DNA of 56,820 nt, counting the filler, from Sluysia triapertura (lineage: Eukaryota): the NCBI GenBank assembly GCA_046118255.1. It is 3 parts of 3 records of this genome, joined end to end, with 100 filler letters (N's around TTAATTAATTAA, not from the genome) between each part and the next. Parts side by side here need not be neighbours in the genome. Positions count along the whole stretch, not along the records: positions 24,487 to 42,093 come from JBJNIA010187057.1; positions 42,194 to 56,820 come from JBJNIA010252971.1; 1 more part is not named here. One strand, written 5' to 3'. The notes under the pieces were generated by a model, which had not been told where the DNA came from, did not search any database, and saw nothing but the letters and a program-made list of their open reading frames with translations. The translations under genes were made by a program, and so were the position numbers. Shown in pieces: positions 38,973 through 51,868 of the stretch (the first letter of the stretch is position 1; each line of letters starts with the position of its first letter).

Positions 38973-39740
38973 TGTTGTGGTTTTGCTAACACTTAATCTC
39001 TGGATCCGGTTACATCTTATATCGTGAAGAGGCCGTTTATCGAAAAGAAATACTCCTTGGTCAGGGTCTTTAACAAAGTGTACACTAGGCTCAACAAGTG
39101 TACAATAAATTAGCTTTTTAAACCTTTTAATAATAACTTTCAATAATTAAATAGAAACAAAAATAATAACTTTATTAAACAAAATACTAAAATTTTATAG
39201 CAAGAATGAGACTAAAGATGATAAAATATTTTAAAATTTAAAGCTCCAACAGTGTTATTTAATCTAATTGTGTACATTATTACCTCTCAATATATCGTGG
39301 ACTTAATAATTACATTTAATTTGAGTAAGATTTAATAATTTCTATTTCAAAATTTACAGAGATCTTAAAAATACATCTAATTTACAAATGCATGGAACTG
39401 AATAATGGTTGTTCGAAGAATGCTGCCGAATATGTTGATAATTTACCAGAAATATACAAATAATTCCACAGTAGTAATACATCAAAAAATAGAATATATT
39501 TTCAAAATGGACATTTAAAAATGGCGATTCACTAAACTGATACTAGTTTATATACTAGTCATCAGCCAATGGAATTTTCTAGAACATTCTAGGAGCTTTG
39601 ATTCTACTTTTAGAAGCTAATTTTCTTTTCTCGAAAAATAATTTCTTTTTTGGAAATAAGATTTCACTTTTCGAAAATAATTTTTAATGATTTTTAAATA
39701 ATTTCAAAATGTTAAATGATCTTAAAAGGTTGTGATGACA
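38973..39740 (-). mobile_element. Solo LTR-like repeat, family B
   Basis: TGTCATCAC...AACCACAACA. HSE at 39571-39590, ATTGG, CTAGTATATAAACTAG, CGCCATTTT and CGATATATTGAG are shared with 46740-47619. Confidence 0.75.
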
Positions 39741-40076
39741 ACTAAAGATTATTATTATTTATTATTCTGATTATTTTTTACATTTATTATTTTTATCATT
39801 CTGATTATTTCATTATTATTATTATCATTATTATTTTGTAAAATCAAATGCAATCTGACATTTTTTAGATCTAACTTTTCATCATTGAAAATACCCAAAC
39901 CTAAATCCTGTTTGGTCGATGTTGTCGAATTTAAATGGAATAACAAGTACTAACTCAAGAACGAGAAATAATTGTTTCAATACGATAAGTCTTAATATGA
40001 TCGAAAATAAATGAGTCAGCAAAGAATCATTCTATACAAATAAAAAAACGTTGATTTTATTTATAAAATACAAAAC

Positions 40077-40828
40077 TGTGACAATGATATAAGTAAGACA
40101 AAAAAATAAATATATAAAAAGATTATTATTTTATTGATTAAAGCTCCGAGAGCGTTACTCAAATATTTTAAGTTGATATTAACCCTCAATATATCGGGGA
40201 CTTAGAAAAAGATTTACAAAATAATATAAAATTTAAGTGTATTTTATAATTTTAACTTCTAAAGTTAAAACTGACCCTACAAATATATAAATTACTAATA
40301 AATGGATTTGCTGTTGTCCGATAGATATTTTCCAAATTTTTGAATGACTGCGAATTGTGAAAAATTTCAAACAAAGACGCTGCAAAATGAATGAACTGAT
40401 TTTTCAAAATGGCTATTTTCATTAATAAGATGCTATTTTATATTCTAGTCATCATCCAATGAAAATCGATGGAATTATCTAGAACAGCGTTTCTCAACCT
40501 TTTTACCCCGAGACCTAATTTTTTATTACATAAAGGAATGCTAAGAAATAAAAAAGACATTTACTATTGGCGCCAATTAGCGTTATGATTGCATAAATTA
40601 ATTTTTTTGTATGTAGTTTATATTTATATCTATATATTATGTTATTTATACTAAGCCGCGAGTTTGCGACCCAACGGTTGAGAGAACTTTCTCGAAGCTT
40701 CTACACTTTTTTAGAAGCGAATATTCTTTTTTGGAAAATAAACATTTTTCAAGTGATTTTAAAGCTTTTTATATGATTTTAATTGATTTTTACATGATTT
40801 TAAATAATTTTAACGTATTATTATGACA
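40077..40828 (-). mobile_element. Family B LTR-like copy interrupted by a hAT MITE
   Basis: Starts TGTCATAAT (40828) as at 46740. Shares the promoter block and CCCGATATATTGAGGG. Lacks the last ~250 nt seen in other copies. Confidence 0.7.
40485..40683 (+). mobile_element. hAT (Buster/Charlie-like) MITE, right TIR partly deleted
   Basis: Left TIR CAGCGTTTCTCAACC, right end GGTTGAGA, subterminal CGACCCA. Inserted after ATCTAGAA, an nnnTAnnn target typical of Buster hATs. A second copy is at 44075. Confidence 0.8.
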
Positions 40829-41098
40829 TTTTAAATTATTTTATAGAGTGCTTATATTCTGGTATATTAAAATATTTATATTTTATTCGATTAAATTATT
40901 ATTCGAATATTAATATAATACCATTATTATTATCATTTCATTTTCGGATTAAATCGATTTTTCTTTTTTAATATCTCTGAAGTTATCCAGAACAATAGCA
41001 CTTTTAAGTTATTTTCTAAAACTTTTCGTTTAATTAAATTAATTCTAATATTACATCAAACAATACAAAATGAAAATAACAACGAATAAGTTATATAT

Positions 41099-41779
41099 TT
41101 AATTGCTATGACAATATTTGTTCTTTAAGTGTTCATAATTAAGTTTAACATTACTTATTAAAATTCGCAAATCAAATCCAACCTTATCTTCATATTTACC
41201 AATCAATTCCCATAATGACAACAAACAATGTTTGGCTTGACCGTAATCCAAAACCACATCGCCCAGGTTAGAATAGTAACACCATTCATTATAAAATCGA
41301 TTATAAACCAAATTTCTCAATAATCTATTAATTTGTTTTGTTAATTCCTTTTTATTATTAAATTTATGTGATAAAATCGATTTAATATTTAGTTCGGTTA
41401 AATTATCAATAGATTTATTTAATAAATTTTCGAATTTCGAATTAAACTCATCGATAATTGGCTCAATTTTCAGTAGAAAATCTTTAATTTCATTTTCTAA
41501 TTGCTCAGTAACAAAATGTGTGCTGAATTCAAACAAATTATTCGATATCGTTGTTTGACCTTTATAAAAGTACTCGAATGATATTATTGGTGATTTATCA
41601 TAGGTGCATTCGGTTTTATCTATATTAAATTTACTGTTTGTACAATCTTTGCAGTAACAATGTTTACAAGCCAATTTAACGTAATTGTTTTCACACAAAT
41701 TATTGGTGCAGATTAAACATTTATTATCACTGTTGTACACAATGTTCTCGTCAGTAGACATTTCAATCCGGCCATACAT
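41099..41779 (-). CDS. RING finger protein (C3HC3D variant), putative E3 ligase, intronless
   Basis: CLIC-x12-CKH-x-YCKDC-x11-CTYD near the N-terminus of an intact 226-aa ORF, followed by a helical region. Confidence 0.8.
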   Translation of the reverse strand: MYGRIEMSTDENIVYNSDNKCLICTNNLCENNYVKLACKHCYCKDCTNSKFNIDKTECTYDKSPIISFEYFYKGQTTISNNLFEFSTHFVTEQLENEIKDFLLKIEPIIDEFNSKFENLLNKSIDNLTELNIKSILSHKFNNKKELTKQINRLLRNLVYNRFYNEWCYYSNLGDVVLDYGQAKHCLLSLWELIGKYEDKVGFDLRILISNVKLNYEHLKNKYCHSN

Positions 41780-42093
41780 TAAATGATGCTTTATAATATT
41801 TTTTATATTACTTAAATAATGCGGAAACGAAAATATGGCTAGATTTTTTTTGTCGAAAATATAATTTATTTTGTAACTATTTAATTAAATAACATTATAT
41901 TTGTTACTGGAGTAGATAGATAAATTAACAAAGCAAATTTATGGATCGTTTTTAACATTTTGGATAATAATATATTAATTTATATTGCGCTCATATCTAA
42001 TGCAAAGTAAGTACTCAAAAGCGCGTAAAATAAATCATTCACTATGATATTTTCGAAAGAGAAATAACTTTGCCTTTTTCTTAAATATTTCAT

Positions 42094-42193
42094 NNNNNNN
42101 NNNNNNNNNNNNNNNNNNNNNNNNNNNNNNNNNNNNNTTAATTAATTAANNNNNNNNNNNNNNNNNNNNNNNNNNNNNNNNNNNNNNNNNNNN
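42094..42193. other. Artificial assembly linker / gap
   Basis: 44 N + TTAATTAATTAA + 44 N. Confidence 0.97.
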
Positions 42194-42203
42194 TAATAAT
42201 AAT

Positions 42204-42270
<67 letters not shown>
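42194..42270. repeat. (AAT)n microsatellite at contig end
   Basis: About 25 units with one interruption. Confidence 0.95.
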
Positions 42271-42271
<1 letters not shown>

Positions 42272-42759
42272 GTATAAGAAATAATAACAAAACCAGTCTT
42301 TAAATTGTTATTGCTTGCATTATTGTTGTTTCCAGAATGAAAAGAAAATATCGTATTTATTGAATTAAAAAGAAAAATCGATTGTAATGAAATAAAATGG
42401 TTGTAAAACATTAAATTTAAATGATGTTAAATTAGTATAAAAATGATTAGTTATCGGATTTGGATGGATTTATTTCAATCTGAGTGCTTATTGTTTCGAA
42501 TTGCCCTAAAATTAATCATTTTTGGAGCCCTAAGCAATTTTAACTTCAAGAGACAGAATTACATTGAAAAATTAACGAATAATATCTCCTTGTAGAATAG
42601 AAACATTGAAACAACATATATAAAAATGAATTTTAAAAGTTACGAAGTAAATAAAGTTCAGAGCCTCAAATACCCCGCGACTCTTCGACGTTGAATTTTG
42701 ACCATCTTAGCCCTTGATAATGTTTCTACGAATTATTATATCTTCGCCTATTTCTGTCA

Positions 42760-43620
42760 TTTACATTAATATTTACATTTAAATATTTCTTTGTATTATC
42801 AAACCTCGACACAGACGGCTTTTCACGTTCTATAACACCAAGATAATTGTCGATAATTGGCATAATTACATCAACAATCTAGTGTTAATTCGATACTAAT
42901 ACGAAGAGCACAATCGCACGGTTGTGGTAAATGAGTCGAATAACAAAAGTTTTCTTTAAATATCCTTGAAATAAAGTTACAAAAAGCACCAAATCGCATA
43001 ATTCACGTAATGCTATATATTCGTCTCTAAATACCTCTTTCATAATTGTTTCATAACTTACCATATCATTTTGATAAGCATTGTGACAGTCGAATACTAA
43101 ATAAGAACGTATACTCAGTCATTCATACATCGTATTACCGACATCGTCTAATTCGTCGTTAATACCATGAAATTTTACTTCCCATATAATATAATATTTA
43201 ACTTTTCAGAAAAAGGAATACTTGACTCTGAGTTTGATATTGATAGTATTTTAGCAATGTTTAAGTAAAGCAACTTGAATAAATTATTAGATAATTCAAA
43301 AATAATTTCGGCAACAAATAAAAAAGGACGCAAAGATTCAATATACACGGTTTGACTTCGACTTGAAATCCATGGAACTTCTACAAATCCTATTGTATCT
43401 GGATCCCTTCTCAAAACCCAAGCAGGTTCGCAAAACTTATTCATATATTTATCAGTGACATCGGAAGTATAAACTTTTCATCATCTAGTAATATACGTGA
43501 AACCTTTAAAGCACTCTATCCCGCAAATACAACAATGTCTAATACTTTTTTTGCACAAATCATTTGACAGATCATTTGTGAGAAGTGACGTCATCGTATG
43601 TTTTGCTTTTTCTTTTTGCC
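42760..43620 (-). pseudogene. Decayed protein-coding sequence of unknown family
   Basis: Frames RHCCICGIECFKGF..., ORF 43175-43444 and FHGINDELDDVGNTMYE*LSIRSYLVFDCH...ELCDLVLFVTLFQGY with scattered stops and frameshifts. Confidence 0.5.
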
Positions 43621-44074
43621 TGCTAACAATGATTCTGCTTTAGAATAACGCACAACATATTTCGTCAAATAATCAACGAATAATCATGATTTTCGTAACA
43701 TTTTTTTGATGGTAAAGCATAATTTATAAATTAATGTCTTACAATTGTATATTTCCAAACAAAGACTGGTTTTTATCAGCTTCATAACTTTTATTACATT
43801 TCTTAACTTCTTTAATAATTTGTTGAATTTGTCGTATTTCTTAATTCAATAATAATTCTTAATAATTACTTTTAATATCCTAATTCATAATCTTCAAAAC
43901 AAAATTGATGCTTGTTAAAACTGGCATTTCTGCTTCGTATTGAATATATCTTCAATTTCACTCAGGATACAATTTTTAGGGGACTTTATCTTCAATAGTG
44001 CTTACGTGTGCGAGAAAATGGTAAATTTAAATGACACTCTTATACGTTTGTTATTGGTTTTATTTTTGTTATTG

Positions 44075-44266
44075 ACCTTTCTACCTCGCGACCCAATTTT
44101 TTATTACATAAAGGAATACTGAGAAATAGAAAAGACATTATTGCCGCTAATTAGCGTTTTGATTTTATAAATTAATTTTTTTGTATGTAGTTTATATTTA
44201 TATTATAATATATTATATTATTTATACTAAGCCGCGAGTCCGCGACCCAACGGTTGAGAAACTGTG
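44075..44266 (+). mobile_element. hAT MITE, second copy, left TIR missing
   Basis: Collinear with 40497-40683. Right end GGTTGAGAAACTGTG; CGCGACCCA at both ends. Confidence 0.8.
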
Positions 44267-46199
44267 ACCTAAATTATGGATGTATGTTTTGTTATACTAA
44301 TGAAATGATGTTCATCATGCCAGATCAGTCGCAGATTTCAGTATTTCTACAAGGATACCTCGAAGAAATTAAATCTGACGTATGAATATATTAGATATTT
44401 AAAATCGAGTTATACCGGTATCCAATACAAACGTGTCCAAATCTGCAACGTTGGTAATGACACTATGGATTGTTTTAGCAAGAAGTTATCCTCGATTTGT
44501 AGTAGCGTTAACAATGTTGTTATTCGAGGTCCAGTAGACCAAAACCATATGTTATCTCATACCATATTATTAATCGACAACAATTTTCGCTAAAATTGCA
44601 TCTAGAATACAAAATCCAAATTCACTTGAAATTGTTTCGGATTTAAACAATCGAATCAAACTTACAATATTGTATTAATATCAATAATTATAATAATAAT
44701 TTGTAATTTATGAATTATTTATTCACGAGGACACTTATTACGTAAATGTCGAATTAATATTTATTAAGGAAATATTGAACATAATTATGTATTTAAATTT
44801 GTGAAATATGTATAGGGTCGCTCGAAAAATTAAAAAAACACAGACAAAAATGGAAATAATATATCATTTCGACAAAAAATATTATGGAGAAAGAATAGTT
44901 AAATTTCATCGTAATTCATGGATATCCAGATAAATTCAATTTGCAATAAGCTTTATTTTGGAGGTGTTCTGTTTTATTGTCACACCTAGTTTAAAATTAT
45001 TTATTTCATTATACCTTGCGCCTAATATATTAATATCTTTATACATATTAATTAAGTTTAAACTTAGTACTGTTGTTTATTTTGTTATAGAAAAGTAAAA
45101 TGAAAAAAGCATCGCTATAAATAAACTTTGTAAGACATTGTTGATAATAAAGACTCGTTTTAGTTGAAGAATATATTTCAGAAAAAGCACTATGTTACGT
45201 TTTTCGCAAGAACATAAACCCTACACTATAGGTGAGCCAGTATATTACGTATTTTGTAGATAGAGGATAAAATACCTAGCCATAGTACAAAAACATGCTT
45301 AATCTAAATTCGATATTATTATCCACACAAACAATAGACAATTTAATTTTACAATAATTAACATCTTATGATACAGACCGAACGTGTGCGTTTCTCTTTT
45401 TATGTATAATTATAAAATTATAATTATATAAATAATGTGATTCGGTACTTTATAATATTTTCAATTACATCGAAAAAGGTTTAATTTAAAAGAATTCTTA
45501 ACAGATAATTCGTGATAAAAAACTAAATACAGAAGTGAAAATATGAAAACGAAAACATTTTTAACTTGTATTGAAAAAAGACGGTTATATTGTTATTATC
45601 TATATTATTAACACTACCGTAGCCATTGCGGCCGAAAACGACGGCATTCAGAAAATCAATAATCCTGCTACCTTCCTATGTCAGAGTTTCCGACTTAAAT
45701 ATCATAATTTATGTAGGAGGCGTATAGAAAAACAAAGACGACAAACTATTGTACAAATGTTGTAAATATGTCTGCTGAAACTGCTTCGAGAGATATCATA
45801 CACGCTCAGATATCAAGTGAACAGGGTATATTATAGCAGTTAAATTTTTGTGGTTGTTTTACTGTGTGTTTATCTCTAATTTGTATATTTTTTGACTGTG
45901 TAAATATTTTGTATATCTGTTAAAGTTAAAATGTTGAAAAATAATTCTATGTTTTTGTGTTATTTTTTAACTTTTGTGTCGTGTATGACTGAATTGTGTC
46001 TTTTGCACGCCTTTGTGTATGTTCTTCTCGAAGAGATGAACAAATTGGTGTATCACATGCCAGGTGCTGCTTAATATTTTAGCCATTAGTAATCTATAAA
46101 CTTGTTCACCGAATGTGACAAAAACAATCTGGCTGCCATAGAGTCAATTTAATTTCATATTATAAAGGATTTTAGTTAAAAATATGCAAATTATACTAA

Positions 46200-46650
46200 C
46201 ATATACTGGTGTAGCGTGGAATTGTAAATAGACAATATTTTACTTATAAATTATAAATTAAACTCTGCATGTTTGTGTTTCAATTGATAATAAAGCATTC
46301 TTAGCATGACTTGAATTTTTTACAAATACACTTGCTGCAAATATAATAATAATTGACGGAAAATTGTATACTCCGCTGTATTTACTTCTTAGTCTGGAAA
46401 ATCATAATGTTTGAAAACTTCAATTGCTTTTTCTGCAAACTTGAATAAATACTTGAAAAGAAAAGTAAACTTATCCACTTAATAAAATTTATCCATAATT
46501 TCCGAACATGCTTTGGAATGCATTTTCTTGGAATAACTTCTGCCAGGCCATTTGATTTGGATTTATTGTTTAAAATCTTTGTTAAAAACATCAGTTTAAG
46601 CAATTATGGCAGAAAAAATCTCAGAAGAAAACACAAATATTCCAATTTGA
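46200..46650 (-). pseudogene. Decayed coding sequence, unknown family
   Basis: Frame QIKWPGRSYSKKMHSKACSEIMDKFY*VDKFTFLFKYLFKFAEKAIEVFKHYDFPD*EV...YICSKCICKKFKSC*EC, truncated upstream by the LTR at 46740. Confidence 0.3.
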
Positions 46651-46739
46651 ACATTAACTTAAACGATGTTATTAAACTATCGTGTTATTAAATTACTTGT
46701 GTTAGGTTGTGATCACAATCCTACAAAATAATTTTAGGA

Positions 46740-47619
46740 TGTCATAATGACACCTTAAAATTATTTAAAACTATTTAAAATTACAAAAAAATCATTTAAA
46801 ATCATAGAACATGTTTCAAAATCATTTATTAATCCTTAAAATTACTTAAAAAACTGTCCAAAAAAGAAAATAAAATTTCTAAAAATAGTACAGAAGCTTC
46901 TAGAATGTTCTAGAATATTCCATCGATTTTCATTGGATGATGACTAGTATATAAACTAGCATCAATACAATGAAAATAGCAATTTGTACAGCGCCATTTT
47001 GAAATTGATATCCTTTTTTAAATCTTTGGGAAAAATTTTTTGGAGAATCATTGTTTACAATCTCTTAATCGTCACCACAATTCGATTTGGAAAATTCATT
47101 GGAAATGTTAGACAACAATCAACATTTAATGATCATGCATAAAGTAATTTGTTTTTCGTAAGATTTGATATTGACTTTATTTAAGAAAGTTAATATCCTA
47201 AAATTTACTTAAAATATTATTACTTTTTCCCGATATATTGAGGGGTAAAATACAGTGTAAAATCACAATTAAATAAGTTAGACTCGAGAGAATTTTAACA
47301 TTAAAATAAACTATTGATATTTATGTTCTTTCCGTCTCATTGTATTTTTATTCTATAAACAATTTTAGTTATTTGATTTTTGTAATTTTTCAACTAAAAA
47401 GTCATTAGACATTGGAGATTTAATTTAATAATTGAACCTTAAATCATTATAATTTGACCCTCATATTTAAATTGTCAGTTTAGGTTATCACGTTTTACTT
47501 AACTTATATTGTTACAGAAGTGCCCTCTTTACGACGTAAGACGCTTACTGTAACCGAACCCTGTTCAATTTTCTATTTTGCCGTAGATTTAGATATAAGC
47601 ATCAATAAAAACCACCGCA
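46740..47619 (+). mobile_element. Solo LTR-like repeat, family B (best preserved, ~880 bp)
   Basis: TGTCATAAT...AACCACCGCA. Has an HSE array, ATTGG, TATATAAA, CGCCATTTT, a 3' hairpin and AATAAA. Homologous to five other copies in the window. No TSD seen. Confidence 0.75.
46892..47000 (+). promoter_or_regulatory. Heat-shock element array (6 perfect nGAAn units), inverted CCAAT, TATA box and YY1-like site
   Basis: aGAAg cTTCt aGAAt gTTCt aGAAt aTTCc (46892-46921), ATTGG (46932), TATATAAA (46948-46955), CGCCATTTT (46992-47000). Confidence 0.75.
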
Positions 47620-48569
47620 CTTGTACTTATGATTAGAAAATCATTGGTGTATCAAAATGGCGTCAAATATTTATTAATAAATTTATTAAAATTTAGTTAT
47701 TCAATAAGTGATGTAGACGTATTGTGCGGTTTTGCTATATTTCTTTATTTTTCGAAAAACAAAAGCAACTACAGTTGATGTTCGAATAAAATTAGCAATT
47801 AATTTCATATTTAATAGATGATAATTATTCAATTTTAATTATATTTTACACTATATAATGCATAGCTTATACTATTAAATATTGTTTATAATTATTTCAC
47901 TGATTGTTTAATCTGATTACCATTATTGTAAATTTTCATATTCCCATTCATGTAATTATAAAAATTCAATTACTAAATAATTGAATTAATATTTTTGAAA
48001 TACTTTTTTTAGGAACAATAATCAATGTCAAAACTATTTATTTGAGTATAAAATGTTCATTTTTACTCGATATTAAGTGTGCTAGAAGAAGATGATGAAA
48101 TTATATTGTGTTTACATTGTGTTAAGATTTGTCAACGGTGTAGTCATGGTCAGAATGGCGTTCATGTAAGACAGTTAAGAGTTGACGGGAAGCAGGATTA
48201 TGACTAATATGTAATTTTAATTTTATGTTAATTATCTTATAATCAAGATGATAGTTAATGTAAAATTTATGGAAGTTACAAGATTCATGATAAAAGAAAT
48301 AATAGAAATAATAGTTTGTATCTAATTATGTTGGTAAGTTTGAAACGTGAATTTAAATAAATCTTGACAATAAAATCAAAGTTTTGCTTTAGATTAGGAT
48401 TAAACCTTTTATTACAAAAATTTTTAAACTTACAAATGAAGCAAATATCAGTGTGACTTATTAATTAAAAAATTATGCTGTTCGGTTGAACTAACTTAAA
48501 ATAAAATAAGACATGATCAAGACAACATTTATCAAGAATCAAAAAATCATATTAAAGAATGATAACGAA

Positions 48570-49170
48570 TACTTCGGATTACCGTAAGGTTTATCTCCAG
48601 TATTTGTTAATTCGATTTGTTTATCGCCAACAGGATTAGTAAGAGTATTTCATGATAGTTGGCTTCGATATTTTATGTTCGAAATCATCCGTTTTTACGT
48701 TATATAGCTGAGTTATGGTATTCATCTGTTTCGCTTCTCCATAATAGACACAGTTGCTTTCATTTCAGTTATGCAAGTTGATCATGACAGCTAGCTGCTT
48801 CCATTATTCATCTTTGGAATCGTTGACGTACACATTATGTAGATTATTTATGGCACCTATGTGCTGGAATTCTACATTGTTCGAAATATTGAATCTTTTT
48901 ACTACATCTGACGGCTTCAAATTTTCATCTTTAATATGGTTAATATCTCTAATTTCTTGGATCTTGAGATAGATAAACTTTTTTCGGTTGGGAATAGTTT
49001 ATACTGAATTGATTCTTGATTTCCTTTGCTTTAAGTTTTAATTTCTCTGATTTAATTTGTGTAATCTGGTTCGATTCTTTAGTTTTATTTCTGATCAATC
49101 TTCTAAGTGGAATCTGAAGTGTTGAGTAGTTTCATTTACATTGTTATTAGTCATATTAAACTTTGACATA
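48570..49170 (-). pseudogene. Degenerate coding remnant, possibly gag-like
   Basis: Stop- and frameshift-ridden frame from ATG ~49169, including DE*WKQLAVMINLHN*NESNCVYY. Confidence 0.25.
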
Positions 49171-49640
49171 ATTGTCTATGAAATCTTCGCAATTTTTACA
49201 ACATGAGAATTAGAATGTTAAAATTGTTCGTCTATTTATTCCTTTGTCAAAACTTGTCTTCATTTCTATTCATTTTTGATTTTTTTAACTGTTTCGTGAT
49301 ATTTCCGAGTAATATAATCTTTTTCTTTTTTTTGTCACTTTTAACTAAATTTCTATGCTCTTTTTAGCCGATTAAGCACCAGTAATGTAGAAAGCTTATG
49401 TATTGCTGACATTGTTTAACATTGTAAATATTTCCCGCTTGATATCAACAAAAGTTGACTGAAGCTCGGAATGAAGAAAAATCCGACTTATTGAATGAAA
49501 TTGAAAATAGAAATAATATGCAGCTTGTTATGCTTGTAATACTAATAGAAAAGAAAACCAACATACAAGTCGTTTGTTTTTATTTGATAGTAAATTCTAT
49601 ACATGTAACAGTAAAGAGTTGTCTATCAAGAAATATTTAG

Positions 49641-50265
49641 TTTTCCAAAAAAGAAAATTAGCTTCTAAAAATGGAATAGAAGCTTCTAGAATGTTCTATT
49701 GGCTGATGACTAGTATATAAACTAGCATCAGTTCAATTTGGTTAACACAATTTTATTTTTACGTAATTTTATACACCATTTTATTTGCTGACTCCAAATT
49801 TAGATTTAAGTGCTATTTAATTGATGCAAATCTAGTCAACGACCGCGGATATTGTTCTAGGATTATTTATTTGGTTTTGGTAAGCTTTATTATTATAAAG
49901 GGATTAATACACTTAAAATACAATTGAATTAATTAAGAAATTTTCAACACCCCGATCTAATAAGGTTAACTTTTATAATATAAAACAATCGTACTAAAAT
50001 TAATCAAAAATCAAGATTTTGATTATAAATTTATTAATTCTGTCAATGTTATTACTTTGTTTTATATCTCATTGATAATTTTAACTCAGTGGCTCGATTA
50101 GTAATAGAAAGCCCCTCTAATTTAGTTAACGAGTTTTATTTTAAGTTTATACATAAATTTTCATATTAAGATTAACTTAGTGTTAGTTACAGAAACGCCA
50201 TCTTTACGACATAAGACGTTTACTATAACCGAACCCGTAGATTTAGATTAAATAAAACCACAGCA
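49641..50265 (+). mobile_element. Family B LTR-like copy, 5' truncated
   Basis: 4-unit HSE at 49678-49697, ATTGGCTGATGACTAGTATATAAACTAGCATCAG, terminal hairpin and AATAAAACCACAGCA. Confidence 0.75.
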
Positions 50266-51304
50266 TTATAATTGATCAAGTTGTCTATTGTTCTTTTGAT
50301 TTATTTAATGTATATCACAATATCATTAAATGTTAAAAATTCTGATTTTATGACTAGTATAAATCAAACAATTTTACTGTAAATTATAAATGGAAAATAA
50401 TTGTGCTCTCCACAGAATTAAAGTTTACGTTGGAAGTTGAAATAAAGTTTTCCCAAGTTTCACTATTCGGCTTTGAAATTGAAATAAATCTTAATCGAAT
50501 TTCGAAACTAATTTATATTAAAATGAAATTATTAAATGATAATTCAAATAACAATCTACTGCCTGGTAATTATCAAAAAAGTTATAAAACTTAAATTAAA
50601 GTCAGTTAAAAAACAATAATCGATGTACATACGATGTACACTCATATTAAACAAACTATAAAATTTTGCTTTAATTCATACCAAGAATATTTTCACGACT
50701 TTACTTCATAATTCATAATAATATTAGTCTTCTTTCGAAAATTTAAGTAACATAAATGAGACTTTCAAATTTAACTTCATTTCCTTCCTAACATCTACAA
50801 CAATGTATATCTCTAATGCATAAAGCGTAATTTCAATTACGTCCCATTAGGAAACATCATTAGAAAGAGTTTCTTACTAATTTTCAGAAAAATTTCAGCA
50901 TGTCCAACGGAACTGATAATGAAATTCCATCTTCATCAAATTAATAAATGTTCATTTCATTATCTTTTGTAGTGACTTATTCTATGTCGCTCTATGTTAA
51001 ATTCTGAAACTTATTTGACTTCTGGAAATGTTTTGTGCAATGTTATCCAATAATATTGTTGTGTTGTATTATTATTAAGCTGTGTATTCCAAAATTATTC
51101 ATAGATTAATATTGTAAGTTATGTTGTATGTATAGATTGACATTGTGAAATATTATTAATCAATATTTGAATAATATTGTGAATTCATTTAATGTGTTTC
51201 AATTTAATGTGTTTTCATAAATCGATTAAATTTATAAATTATTGTACAAATCTTTAGGATTAATACTTTAAGTAAGATTTTATTCTTTAAATAAATTTTA
51301 ATTT

Positions 51305-51868
51305 TTAAAATACCAAATTTTTTTGCATAATTGAACGTTCAATGCTCCTTAATATTTTAATTACTTCCTTAAAGGGTTTTCCATCTATTAAATTGACATA
51401 AGTTATTAATTCAGGTTGCAATCCAGTTTTTAATTTATCTTTTAATGTTAATTCTCTATTAACTTCTGGAATTTTAGCTCTAGCAACAATGCTTTTGAGA
51501 GCGCAAGCATATTTATATACGGATTCATTAGGTCTCTGTATTCTAATATTGAGCTTTTTTGCATAATATTTACCCATATCATCAAGGGCTATTTCTTCTG
51601 TAAATGCATTAACAAATTCATTCCAAGTTTGCTTATTATTATCACTTATTTCTTTATATGTCTGGATAGCTACTCCAGTAAAGTAATTTTGGATCCGTTT
51701 TATTTTATAGCAGCCGTTAGCTTCTGCTATACTTTCATATTCAAATAAGAAATCACAGAGATCTTCCTCTGCTCCGTCAAATTTTTTCATTTCAGGTAAA
51801 GGCATTATTGGACGCCTTTCTCTGGCTAATTGCGCCATATAATCTTTAAATTCATTAGATAAAGCCAT
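51305..51868 (-). CDS. gag: Ty3/Gypsy retrotransposon Gag (capsid-like), 3' truncated, no pol
   Basis: KFDGAEEDLCDFLFEYESIAEANG...YFTGVAIQTY...TWNEFVNAF...IQRPNESVYKYACALK...GLQPEL is the retrotransposon Gag pattern. A PBS lies upstream. Confidence 0.85.
   Translation of the reverse strand: MALSNEFKDYMAQLARERRPIMPLPEMKKFDGAEEDLCDFLFEYESIAEANGCYKIKRIQNYFTGVAIQTYKEISDNNKQTWNEFVNAFTEEIALDDMGKYYAKKLNIRIQRPNESVYKYACALKSIVARAKIPEVNRELTLKDKLKTGLQPELITYVNLIDGKPFKEVIKILRSIERSIMQKNLVF

Noticed and set aside
42142-42411. 89-aa ORF with poly-Ile
   Set aside because: It is a translation of the (AAT)n microsatellite and the N gap.
49703-49731. CTGATGA followed by a stem-loop, resembling a hammerhead ribozyme core (also 39537-39565 minus strand, and 19526)
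   Set aside because: The stem is followed by CATCAG rather than the obligatory GAAA, and CTGATG is itself paired in the hairpin. Other copies read ATGATGA.
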